Below, piece by piece: positions 9,010 through 17,587 of a DNA stretch of 39,599 nucleotides. The translations under genes were made by a program, and so were the position numbers. The notes under the pieces are model-generated. The model had not been told where the DNA came from. It ran no database searches and saw only the letters and a program-made list of their open reading frames with translations. The stretch spans positions 1 to 39,599 of the forward strand of contig CABMCB010000076.1 in the NCBI GenBank assembly GCA_902384455.1. The letters run 5' to 3'. This stretch comes from an uncultured archaeon (GTDB lineage: Archaea; Altiarchaeota; Altiarchaeia; IMC4; SCGC-AAA252-I15). Each line of letters starts with the position of its first letter. Positions within the stretch are counted from its first letter, which is position 1.

Positions 9010-9447
9010 ATGGCAGAAAAAAAAGAGAAGCAGAAAATTTATAAAGACCTTATTGTTCATCCTGAACGGCGGAAAACTTCAGAACTAGTCCGCCACACCG
9101 ATGATAGTCCCGGAACAAGGTATGTAGCCCTAGACAAAAAAATTCTGTCTGAATCGACAGTCTATCAGGCCGTCAGGATAATCAAGGATTTGAAGGTTAA
9201 GCCACCCGAATACGTAAAGTCTCACTCTCATACGGTCGACAGCACTTATATTTTCTTGGGCGATAACGAAGACTTAAGCGGGCTTAAAGCCGAGGTTGTT
9301 CTTGGAGACGAGACCTACGTCATAGATTCTCCTGCATCCATATTCGTTCCTAAGCGTTTGAATCATTCTGTTAAGCTAATAGGTGGTTCTGGCCTATTCA
9401 TAAACACCGTACTAAACGGCGATTATAATGAAGCCACGTACTGGTGA
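9010..9447 (+). CDS. Cupin-fold protein
   Basis: HSHTVDSTYIFLG and SPASIFVPKRLNH cupin motifs. Confidence 0.75.
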   Translation: MAEKKEKQKIYKDLIVHPERRKTSELVRHTDDSPGTRYVALDKKILSESTVYQAVRIIKDLKVKPPEYVKSHSHTVDSTYIFLGDNEDLSGLKAEVVLGDETYVIDSPASIFVPKRLNHSVKLIGGSGLFINTVLNGDYNEATYW

Positions 9448-10369
9448 TGTCTTAAGTTGGGATAATGTCACTGAACCGTTGCAGCCAACTTATTCTCTAA
9501 GTCAGGTTTATGATAAACTCACTCAAAGAAATTTGGGTGTCTATAACAAGATCGAGCAAAAAAAGATTCGTGCGGCGTCAGTGGCAATCATCGGGGTGGG
9601 TTGCGACGGAGGAATGGACGCTTATATATTGGCGCGTATGGGTGTGGGCAAACTTGTTCTTGTCGACTTTGACGTAAACGAACTTTCTAATTTGAATCGC
9701 CAGCCCATGTCGACTTTCTCCACATTGGGTTTGCCTAAAGTGCTTGCTGCAAAGGCCATTCTCCACGACATGAACCCTCTTGTTAAGGTTGAGGCTGTAA
9801 ACAAAGCGGTAGAGGAGGATAATGCCGAGAAAATTGTGAAAAAAGCGGATGTAGTCCTCCAGTGTACTGACAGTATGGTTGCGCGTATTGTTACGGTTAG
9901 GGCGTGCATTAAGGCTAAAAAGCCTTGTATAGTGATGACTGGTCAGCCTCCTTTCAGGAGTTTCGTTTCAACCATACTTTCTCCCGGGCCTTCATACGAG
10001 GAGCTTTTCAATATCGGTTTTGTTAAGGGTAAGTTGTTCAAAGGTAATCCTAAGCTAGTCGGGAAGGTGAGGGGCCTTAAGCGTGAGCGTGCGTTGCATG
10101 CGAATAAGTTGCGTGCCTCTGAGGGTTGGTTGCAGAAGTATCTTATGGCTGAAGCTGGTTGGGGTATTACCCCTGAGAGGGCTTATTTAACTTCTGTTTA
10201 TCAGGTTCATGAGGCGTTGGCTTTGATTACTGGTCGTTCGCCTAAGGCTGTTGCTCCGAGGGCTTTTGTGTCTGATTTGAATGGTCTTTCGGAGTTTGGG
10301 CGGCCTGATGTTATTGCTGCTTTGTTGGATCCGCCTAATGGCAGGTGGTGGGATTACCGTATGTTCTGA
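9428..10369 (+). CDS. ThiF/MoeB/E1-like adenylyltransferase lacking Zn-binding CxxC motifs
   Basis: GVGCDG nucleotide-binding loop, VDFD..ELSNLNRQ, G.PKV..A, NP.V.V, DVVLQCTD. Confidence 0.88.
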   Translation: MKPRTGDVLSWDNVTEPLQPTYSLSQVYDKLTQRNLGVYNKIEQKKIRAASVAIIGVGCDGGMDAYILARMGVGKLVLVDFDVNELSNLNRQPMSTFSTLGLPKVLAAKAILHDMNPLVKVEAVNKAVEEDNAEKIVKKADVVLQCTDSMVARIVTVRACIKAKKPCIVMTGQPPFRSFVSTILSPGPSYEELFNIGFVKGKLFKGNPKLVGKVRGLKRERALHANKLRASEGWLQKYLMAEAGWGITPERAYLTSVYQVHEALALITGRSPKAVAPRAFVSDLNGLSEFGRPDVIAALLDPPNGRWWDYRMF

Positions 10370-10372
10370 AAG

Positions 10373-11311
10373 ATGGTTGAGCTTCTTGACAGCACTTTGC
10401 GGGAGGGGTGTCAGGCGCCGGGCGTTAGTTTTTCTGTTGAGCAGCGTCTTGAGGTTGCTTTGTTGTTGGATGAGTTTGGCGTGGATTTTATTGATGCTGG
10501 TCATCCGGTTGTTAGTAAGGACGTCCTTGAGGGCGTTAAGTTGGTTGCTGGGCAGGGTCTTAATGCGCATGTTATTTCTCATGCGCGCGCCTGCAGGAAG
10601 GATGTTGATGCTGTGATTGATTCTGGTTCGGAGTGGGTGGGCATCTTTTTGGGCGTCAACAAGTTTAGTCTGCATGAGAAGGTTCATTGCAGCAAGCGCG
10701 AGGCTTTTGACATGGTGGTCGACAGTGTTTCTTATGCTAAGGCTCATGGTCTGAAGGTGCGTTATACGCCTGAGGATGCTACTAGGACTGAGTGGGCTGA
10801 TTTGGTTGAAATTAGTTTGAGGGCGGTTGAGGCTGGGGCAGATAGGATTTCGATTGCTGATACTGTGGGTGTTTCTACGCCGGGTAGGATGGCTGCTTTG
10901 GTGTCTTATTTGAAGGGTCGTCTGCCGTGTCCGCTTAATGTTCATTGCCATAATGATTTGGGGTTGGCTGTGGCGAATTCTCTTGCGGCTTATGAGGCTG
11001 GTGTTACTCTTATTGACGCGTCTGTTAACGGGTTGGGTGAGCGGGCTGGTATTACTCCTCTTCATGAGATTACGGTGGCTTTGTCTTATTTGTATGGTGT
11101 TAAGAAGTGGAAGCTTGATATGTTGCCGGGTATTTCGCAGGTTGTGGCGAAGTATTCGGGGATTCCTGTGCATCCTGAGACGCCTCTTGTGGGCAAGTAT
11201 GCTTTCACGCATACTGCTGATTTGCATAAGAAGGCTGTTAAGAAGAATCCTGAGTCTTATGAGCCTTTTAGTCCTGATATGGTGGGGCGGAAGCGTTCGT
11301 TTTCTCCGTAG
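10373..11311 (+). CDS. Homocitrate synthase-like DRE-TIM metallolyase (LeuA family), C-terminally short
   Basis: DSTLREG.Q, EDATR, IADTVG, HCHNDLG.A.AN, GLGERAG, AFTH...H..AV..NP.SYE. Confidence 0.85.
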   Translation: MVELLDSTLREGCQAPGVSFSVEQRLEVALLLDEFGVDFIDAGHPVVSKDVLEGVKLVAGQGLNAHVISHARACRKDVDAVIDSGSEWVGIFLGVNKFSLHEKVHCSKREAFDMVVDSVSYAKAHGLKVRYTPEDATRTEWADLVEISLRAVEAGADRISIADTVGVSTPGRMAALVSYLKGRLPCPLNVHCHNDLGLAVANSLAAYEAGVTLIDASVNGLGERAGITPLHEITVALSYLYGVKKWKLDMLPGISQVVAKYSGIPVHPETPLVGKYAFTHTADLHKKAVKKNPESYEPFSPDMVGRKRSFSP

Positions 11312-11375
11312 GGGGTGGGTTTAGCGCGGCTTGTGGTTGCGGGTTTTTTAACTTCCCTGGTGTAAGAGAATAAGG

Positions 11376-12077
11376 GTGTTTAAGGTGCCTTCATACGTTA
11401 TCGCATCGACGACGTTGAGCGTTGACGGCAGGGTTGCTTTGCATGACAAGCCGATTGAGCTCACTAATCGCATAAGCGAGTATCATATTCAACGGTTGCG
11501 AGGTAGCGTTGACGCAATTATTGTGGACGTGTCTGCCTTCCTGAAGGGAGATCCGTTGTTTCCAGCTAAGGAATATCATCATAAGCATCCTGCGATAGTC
11601 ATTGTGGATAAGAACGCGGATCTTCCGCCGAATGCCGCCATCCTTAAGCAGGCAGACCATCATGTGATTCTTGTTGTCGGAAGGAACGCTTACAACACCC
11701 GCATTCAGCGTTTGCCCAAAAGCGACAGATTCGAAGTCCTCCAGAACAGCGGCACTAATGAAATAAACTTAAAGAGTCTTCTTGTGGACTTGTCGCTTAA
11801 GGGCATGCGGCGTGTGCTGGTGGAGTCGCAGGGCAATTTGATGAGGCGGTTTTTTGAGGACGGTTTTGTAAGCGAGTTGTACGTTACTTTCGCCCCTACG
11901 ATTGCCGGGGCAGGCGTTGATTTCCTCCATGAGACTCTTCTTGAGCCGGTGGATTTGAAGCTTGAGGGCATTATCCAGTTTGGGGACCATGTGGTGCTTC
12001 ACTACAAGGTTAAGTCCGATGAAATAGTGGTGGAGGGTGCGTCTGAGAAGCCGGCGGAAGGCGTTAAAGGTTCATAA
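11376..12077 (+). CDS. RibD C-terminal / archaeal pyrimidinone nucleotide reductase (ArfC)-like protein, divergent
   Basis: SVDGRVA, RLRG.VDAIIV, DP.F, LVE...L...F...G.V.EL.V.FAP.I.G; near the rib genes. Confidence 0.78.
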   Translation: MFKVPSYVIASTTLSVDGRVALHDKPIELTNRISEYHIQRLRGSVDAIIVDVSAFLKGDPLFPAKEYHHKHPAIVIVDKNADLPPNAAILKQADHHVILVVGRNAYNTRIQRLPKSDRFEVLQNSGTNEINLKSLLVDLSLKGMRRVLVESQGNLMRRFFEDGFVSELYVTFAPTIAGAGVDFLHETLLEPVDLKLEGIIQFGDHVVLHYKVKSDEIVVEGASEKPAEGVKGS

Positions 12078-12108
12078 GCTTTGGCTTCCTAGTTTAGTAA
12101 GGAGTTTC

Positions 12109-15042
12109 ATGCACAGTAATTTTGCGTTAGTTAGTGTTCTGTTTCTCCTGGCCTTCGCAGCCTTCTATATAGATCTTGGTGTTCCGTCGGGGGCTGTTGA
12201 GCGTTCATCGTTGTCCGTTGGTAGCCCCACTGCTTTCGCCATCTCCAAGCAGAAATCTGACGCTAATAAACAAATTACTCCAAGCGCTTTGGTTAAGGCT
12301 AGTAAGTCGTTGTCTGTTCGTATAGAGGCGGCTTCGGCTGGGGATACTATCCCCGCGATAGTCTTCCTTAAGGAGCCGAAAGGTGTGGGTCCGGTAGGTA
12401 AAGGGGGGCGTGTTTCTTCTGCGGCCGTTTCTGCAAGGGATTCGGCGGTTCGGGATGAGCAGGCTCGGGTTTCTGCGTCGTTGTCTGGTAAAACTCGGGT
12501 GACTCGGAGTTTGTCTTACATGAATGCGTTGGTTGGTGAGTTTGATGTTTCGGATCTTAAGATGCTTTTGAACAGCCCGTATGTTGATTTCGGGTACTTT
12601 GACGCTCCTGTTCGCATTATTGATCCGGTCACGCAAGATGCTCAGACTTTTCTTGCCGTAAGCGTTCCTTCAATAGGCGCGACTGCTGTGTGGGGCAATT
12701 ATAGCGTTTCAGGTAAGAACGTGACGGTCGCAGTGATTGATACCGGAATTGATTATACTCACCCGGATTTGGGCGGATGTTTGGGGCCTTCTTGTAAAGT
12801 TCGGGGTGGTTATGATTTCTATAATAATGACGCTGATCCTATGGACGATAATGGTCATGGTACTCATGTTGCGGGTACTGTGGCTGCTAATGGTACTGTG
12901 CGGGGTGTGGCTCCTGGTGCGAGTTTGTATGCTGTTAAGGTCTGTAGTAGTTCGGGTGATTGTTCTAGTTCTATGATTCTTGCGGGTGTTGATTGGGCTG
13001 TTGGTCATCAGGCTGATGTGATTAGCATGAGTCTTGGCGGGTACTATAACGTTAATGTGAATGATGGGTTGGATGGTTTGGAGGTTCATGCGCTTTCTAT
13101 TGCGGCTAAATACGGTATAGTGTCGGCTATTGCGGCGGGTAATGGCGGTCCCGGTACGAATACTATTGCGTGTCCTTCTTGTAATCCTGATGTTCTTACG
13201 GTGGGTGCTGTGAATGATGGTGGGACTGTTAGTCAGTCTGATGATACGGTGGCGTCTTTTAGCGGGAGGGGGCCTAGTGCGTTTGGGCGTCTTGATCCTG
13301 ATGTTTCTGCTCCTGGTGTGGGTATTGTGAGTACGTGGGTTGGTGGTGGGTATATGTCTTCTGATGGGACGAGTATGGCGACTCCTCATGTTGCTGGTGT
13401 TGCGGCTTTGTTGCTTGAGGCGGAGCCGGGTTTGTCTCCTGCTGGGGTTAGGGCTCGTTTGATGAGTACGGCGTTTCCTGTGGTGGGTAAGGTGTTTGAG
13501 GTTGGTGCTGGTGAGATTAACGTGTATCGTGCGCTTTCTTCGCCTCTTGATGTGTCTGTTGGGGGTGGCGATAGGTGGGAGACTGTTGTGATGCCGGGTT
13601 TTGTGCGCGTTGTCAATTTGACGTTGACTAATCGCGGCAATAGTACTCTCTCTGTTTGGTTTAGTGCTGAGAATCTTTCGGATTTGGAAAATAGTTATTT
13701 AGTGTCTTCTAGTTGGTTTACTCTTCCGGGCAACATCAGTTTAGCGAGCGGAGGGAGTGTGGTTCTGCCGGTTTCTTTGTGGGTGCCGTCTAATCAGCCT
13801 GCTTTCACTTACGGCGGCGTAATCAAGGTTCATTATGGCGGTGATTCGCTTCAGGTTCCTGTGGTGGTGACTGTGCCTTTCATTGGTTATGGTCTTATTA
13901 ACGGCACAGTCAACGACTATCAGTATTCTTACCATGAGGGTGATTGGGTGTATTACCTTCTGGTTAATCCCGCTTCGTCGTCTATCACTGTCGTTTTGAA
14001 TTGGAGCGGCTCAAGCGACCTAGATTTGTATTTGGTTTCGGACGACGGCGATATAGTGGGGACAAGCGACAGCGCAAGTAACGTTCAGGAAAGCGTCACT
14101 GTGTCGCCTCTGGCATACAGCCGGTATTGGGCGTTAGTCCGTTATTATACGGGTTCTGGAACGGTTCCTTATAATCTTACGGTTTCGTATGGCGGAAATC
14201 TTTCTGTTACTCCTCCAGTGTCCCAGATTAATGTGACAGGCAACCAAACAGCCAACATCACTTACGCCATCTACAACAACGGTCCTGCGGCAAACGCTGC
14301 GGCTTCACTCCGCCTGCTTAACAAAACCCAAGGCGTTACCCACGACATAAACCGGAGTTTAAACCCTCTTTTGTCGGACTACTGCGCGTTCCATTACCTG
14401 CGTTCATCGGAAGGGTTCAATCTCAACAACTCGGTCTTAGCTTCCGCGAACATCACTTGGAGTCACACTAACGACCTTGATTTGGTGCTTGGTTACATCG
14501 TGGGCTCCACCAACTACCGGTCGAGGATATCAGGCGACAGCAACAACACGTTATCAGGAAACTACTTTGAGGCTATTGACGCCGCAAACATAAGGGGCAT
14601 GGCGAGAACATATGACGACGTGTTCTTTGCGGTCTGCAATTTCGGCGGCGGAAGCTTCACCGGCGTGTACAACCTGTCAATATGGGTCTACGACGAGGCG
14701 CCGTGGCCCGCAGCTTCGGTTGCTCCGTCTTCGGTGACGTTTCCTGCGGGTGGAACCGCTAATGTGACATTGACGGTGAATGCGCAGGGGCTTTTGGAGA
14801 ACGCCACTTACGACGCCTACTTCACAGCATTAAGTCCGCAGGGACTAACTCTCGTAGAGTCTCCTCTGCTGGTCAACGTGCTCCCCCAGGAAGTTACTAC
14901 GACCACAACCACTACGACCACAACGACAACTACGACCACAACCACTACGACTACAACAACGACGTTGCCGGCCTCAATTCATGATTATTTCGGTCGTTTG
15001 TTTTCCGGTTGGAACCTGATTAGCGTTCCGCTTAACGTTTAA
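12109..15042 (+). CDS. Secreted subtilisin-like (S8) serine protease with prodomain, PPC-like/beta-sandwich domains and poly-Thr tail
   Basis: Catalytic triad VIDTG, HGTHVAG, GTSMATPHV; N-terminal hydrophobic signal; SD AAGGAG before ATG 12109. Confidence 0.93.
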   Translation: MHSNFALVSVLFLLAFAAFYIDLGVPSGAVERSSLSVGSPTAFAISKQKSDANKQITPSALVKASKSLSVRIEAASAGDTIPAIVFLKEPKGVGPVGKGGRVSSAAVSARDSAVRDEQARVSASLSGKTRVTRSLSYMNALVGEFDVSDLKMLLNSPYVDFGYFDAPVRIIDPVTQDAQTFLAVSVPSIGATAVWGNYSVSGKNVTVAVIDTGIDYTHPDLGGCLGPSCKVRGGYDFYNNDADPMDDNGHGTHVAGTVAANGTVRGVAPGASLYAVKVCSSSGDCSSSMILAGVDWAVGHQADVISMSLGGYYNVNVNDGLDGLEVHALSIAAKYGIVSAIAAGNGGPGTNTIACPSCNPDVLTVGAVNDGGTVSQSDDTVASFSGRGPSAFGRLDPDVSAPGVGIVSTWVGGGYMSSDGTSMATPHVAGVAALLLEAEPGLSPAGVRARLMSTAFPVVGKVFEVGAGEINVYRALSSPLDVSVGGGDRWETVVMPGFVRVVNLTLTNRGNSTLSVWFSAENLSDLENSYLVSSSWFTLPGNISLASGGSVVLPVSLWVPSNQPAFTYGGVIKVHYGGDSLQVPVVVTVPFIGYGLINGTVNDYQYSYHEGDWVYYLLVNPASSSITVVLNWSGSSDLDLYLVSDDGDIVGTSDSASNVQESVTVSPLAYSRYWALVRYYTGSGTVPYNLTVSYGGNLSVTPPVSQINVTGNQTANITYAIYNNGPAANAAASLRLLNKTQGVTHDINRSLNPLLSDYCAFHYLRSSEGFNLNNSVLASANITWSHTNDLDLVLGYIVGSTNYRSRISGDSNNTLSGNYFEAIDAANIRGMARTYDDVFFAVCNFGGGSFTGVYNLSIWVYDEAPWPAASVAPSSVTFPAGGTANVTLTVNAQGLLENATYDAYFTALSPQGLTLVESPLLVNVLPQEVTTTTTTTTTTTTTTTTTTTTTTTLPASIHDYFGRLFSGWNLISVPLNV
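14896..14964 (+). repeat. Poly-Thr (23 codons) built from degenerate ACTACGACCACAACC units
   Basis: Direct reading: 23 consecutive ACN codons. Confidence 0.9.
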
Positions 15043-15079
15043 TCCTCTTTTACGTCGTCATCTCAAAATAGAAAACAAT

Positions 15080-16363
15080 ATGGTCCGTTTGCAGCTGGCT
15101 CTCGACTTCGTGGACTTTGATCGCGCTTTGCGTGTAGCTGAAGCTGTGGCACCTTTTGTTGATGTTATCGAGGCGGGCACGCCTTTAATCAAAAGCGAGG
15201 GTTTGGGTGCTGTTAGGCTGTTGAGGAAGAGGTTTCCTGGCCATCAGATTCTTGCTGATATGAAGGTGTTGGATGCGGGGCGCATTGAGGTTGAGTCTGC
15301 GGCTAAGGCGGGCGCTCATTTGGTGGGCGTTGCCGGGGCGGCGTCTGATGCTACTGTTAGGGAGTGCGTGGAGGCGGCTAAGAACGTCGGTTGTCTTGTT
15401 GTGGCAGACTTGATTGCTGTGGGTAATCCTGTTAAGAGGGCTGGGGAGCTTGAGGCGTTGGGAGTTGTTGGTGTGGCGGTTCATTTGGCTATTGATCAGC
15501 ATATGCAGGCTAAGAATCCTCTTTCTACTTTGAGGTTGGTCCGTAAGACAGTGAAGATTCATGTTTACGTTGCCGGCGGTATTACGCCTAAGTCGGCGGC
15601 TTTGGCTGCTAAAGCTGGAGCGGACGTGGTCGTTGTGGGCGGCTACATCACTAAAGCAGAGAATCCCGGTAAGGCGGCGAAGGCGGTTAAAGCCGCGATT
15701 AAGACGGGTAAGGCGCCTGCTGAAAAACTGTTTGAGCGGACTATCGACGTGAAGAAGCTGCTCAAAAAAGTGTCTTCAGCCAACCTTTCAGACGCAATTC
15801 ACAGGAAGGGGGCTCTTTCCCACAAAATAAAGCCGCTTAAGGAGGGTTGTAGGGCGGTGGGGCCTGCTTACACAGTCAAGACTGTGCCTGGAGACTGGGC
15901 CAAGCCCGTTGAAGCAATAGATTCCGCCCCTAAGGGGAGTGTCATAGTTGTGGATGCGTTGGGGAGGCCTCCTGCGGTTTGGGGTGAGTTGGCGACTCGT
16001 AGTGCTTTGTTGAGGGGTGTTTCTGGTGTTGTGGTTTTTGGTGCTGTTCGTGATGTGGGTGATATTCGTATGTTGGGGTTGCCTGTTTTTGCGTCTCATA
16101 TGTCTCCTCATGCTGGTGAGCCTAAGGGTTTGGGTGAGATTAATGTGCCCGTGAGCATTGGCGGTGTGGAGGTGAGTCCTGGGGATTGGGTTTTGGCTGA
16201 TGATGATGGGGTCGTGGTGTTGCCTTCTGGGAGGGCGGTGGAGTACGCTAATCGCGCGGTGGATGTTTTGGAGAGGGAAAATAGGATTCGCGCTGAGATT
16301 AAGTCTACTAGGAAGGGGCTTTCTGAGGTTACTCATTTGTTGAAGTGGGAGAAGGCGAAGTAA
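15080..16363 (+). CDS. hxlA: 3-hexulose-6-phosphate synthase fused to an RraA/MenG-like domain
   Basis: LQLALD, IEAGTPLIKSEG, ADMKVLDAG.IE; C-terminal SANLSDA, GDWAKPVEAID, WGELA, VRDV, GD...ADDDGVV. Confidence 0.92.
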   Translation: MVRLQLALDFVDFDRALRVAEAVAPFVDVIEAGTPLIKSEGLGAVRLLRKRFPGHQILADMKVLDAGRIEVESAAKAGAHLVGVAGAASDATVRECVEAAKNVGCLVVADLIAVGNPVKRAGELEALGVVGVAVHLAIDQHMQAKNPLSTLRLVRKTVKIHVYVAGGITPKSAALAAKAGADVVVVGGYITKAENPGKAAKAVKAAIKTGKAPAEKLFERTIDVKKLLKKVSSANLSDAIHRKGALSHKIKPLKEGCRAVGPAYTVKTVPGDWAKPVEAIDSAPKGSVIVVDALGRPPAVWGELATRSALLRGVSGVVVFGAVRDVGDIRMLGLPVFASHMSPHAGEPKGLGEINVPVSIGGVEVSPGDWVLADDDGVVVLPSGRAVEYANRAVDVLERENRIRAEIKSTRKGLSEVTHLLKWEKAK

Positions 16364-16436
16364 CCTGTTGGTTAGTTTTGTTTTTATACTCCTCTAAAGC
16401 GATAAATAGAAGTAGGTGAGTTTGCCTGGTTGTATT

Positions 16437-16955
16437 ATGGCTCTTTCGAATCAGAAGACGTTGGGGGTTGCGTTGGGCGTGTTTGCCGTAGCCCTTATTG
16501 CGCTTTTGGCGATAGTTAAGGTTCAGGTTGATGAGGAGGGGGCTTTTTTGTGTAAGCTGGTTGATGAGTCCCCTAATTTGACTATGGACCAGTGTCCTGC
16601 GCACAACAACAATGTTTCCTGGTTTATTATTGCGGGTTTCGGAGTGGCTTTCCTAATCATTGCTATAGCCGGTTACTTATTTTTGACTGCGGGAAAGGAG
16701 GCTGCTGTTGCCGTTGCTGCTGTTGCCGTAGAAGGCAAGCAGTTTAAGGAGGTTGACGTTTCAGCGTTTGACGAGGAAGAGAAGGCAGTGTACGAGTTAA
16801 TCAGGAAAAATGAGGGCTCAATGTACCAAAGCGACTTGGTGCGGGAGTCCGGCTACTCCAAAGTCCGCGTGACCCGAATCCTTGATAAGCTGGAGAGCAA
16901 GAAAATAGTCGAGAGGAAGCGGCGGGGAATGGCCAACATAGTAGTCCTCTCGTGA
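16437..16955 (+). CDS. Membrane-anchored winged-helix transcriptional regulator (2 TM + C-terminal wHTH)
   Basis: Two TM helices flank a C..CPAH loop; G.MYQSDLV..SG.SKV.VTRILDKLE.K..VER.RRGM.N (GTG 16416 is an alternative start). Confidence 0.85.
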   Translation: MALSNQKTLGVALGVFAVALIALLAIVKVQVDEEGAFLCKLVDESPNLTMDQCPAHNNNVSWFIIAGFGVAFLIIAIAGYLFLTAGKEAAVAVAAVAVEGKQFKEVDVSAFDEEEKAVYELIRKNEGSMYQSDLVRESGYSKVRVTRILDKLESKKIVERKRRGMANIVVLS

Positions 16956-17021
16956 GCCGTATACTAGAGTATTTAAGTCTCCGGTTGTCACTACATATAC
17001 TCAGCTGTTGGAGGTGAAAAC

Positions 17022-17066
17022 ATGGCGGACACAAAGAAGAAGAAACCCGGTTGCGGCTGCTGCTAA
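17022..17066 (+). CDS. 14-aa micropeptide MADTKKKKPGCGCC
   Basis: Strong SD GGAGGTGA at 17010-17017, ATG 17022, TAA 17064-17066, T-tract at 17103-17109. Confidence 0.55.
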   Translation: MADTKKKKPGCGCC

Positions 17067-17131
17067 ACATAAGGCAAACCTTGGTTGAACAAGCAATATC
17101 CCTTTTTTTAATATTACCTTAATTTTCCGGT

Positions 17132-17587
17132 TTACCGCTGGCAAGCAACTTCAGTCTGAAGCCACTCCGTAACCATCTGAGGGGCTTTGCTTTTTGGGAA
17201 GGCCCTGACTTTGATTTTAACGTGCAATCCGGTTTCCGAGAGAACCAGTCGTCCTTCAGAGGCCTCTTTTACGTTAAGCCGCAGGAAGAAGTTGCCTTCT
17301 TCGTCTAAGCGGTTTTCCGCGTCTTCCCTGAGGTGTTTGCGTTCTTTTCTATCCAGGTTTTCAGTTAGCAGCGTGATGAACTTCTTGACGTCGCGCTGGC
17401 GCGTCGTCTTAGCAATCAAAACAGTCAGCTCAGTCAGAAAAACGCCTCCGTCCTCTTCGGCAGATAGAGTTTCAGTTTGGATTTCAGCGTCGGGCAGCAG
17501 ATATTTGAGGGCTCTTTTTGCCTCAGGAACATCCTCCTCCTTGGAGAACACTCTCAGTCTGATGCTTGACGCGGGAAGTGGGGCCAC
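17132..17587 (-). CDS. Archaeal RNA-binding domain protein (UPF0201/PF01877-like)
   Basis: +RVF...ED...K.AL..L, RLD..G.FFLRL, G...L.....+KIK+..FP pattern. Confidence 0.75.
   Translation of the reverse strand: MAPLPASSIRLRVFSKEEDVPEAKRALKYLLPDAEIQTETLSAEEDGGVFLTELTVLIAKTTRQRDVKKFITLLTENLDRKERKHLREDAENRLDEEGNFFLRLNVKEASEGRLVLSETGLHVKIKVRAFPKSKAPQMVTEWLQTEVACQR

Noticed and set aside
10187-13389. Long antisense or alternate-frame ORFs (e.g. 10187-11227, 12709-13389; also 3076-3684, 5182-5886)
   Set aside because: Shadows of real genes; the strong A/C vs G/T skew removes stop codons from other frames
14896-14964. Possible CRISPR or non-coding tandem repeat
   Set aside because: In-frame poly-Thr codons with no spacers; no CRISPR array or cas gene was seen in the window
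15080-16363. HPS-RraA fusion as a novelty
   Set aside because: This fusion is already known from methanogens and other archaea
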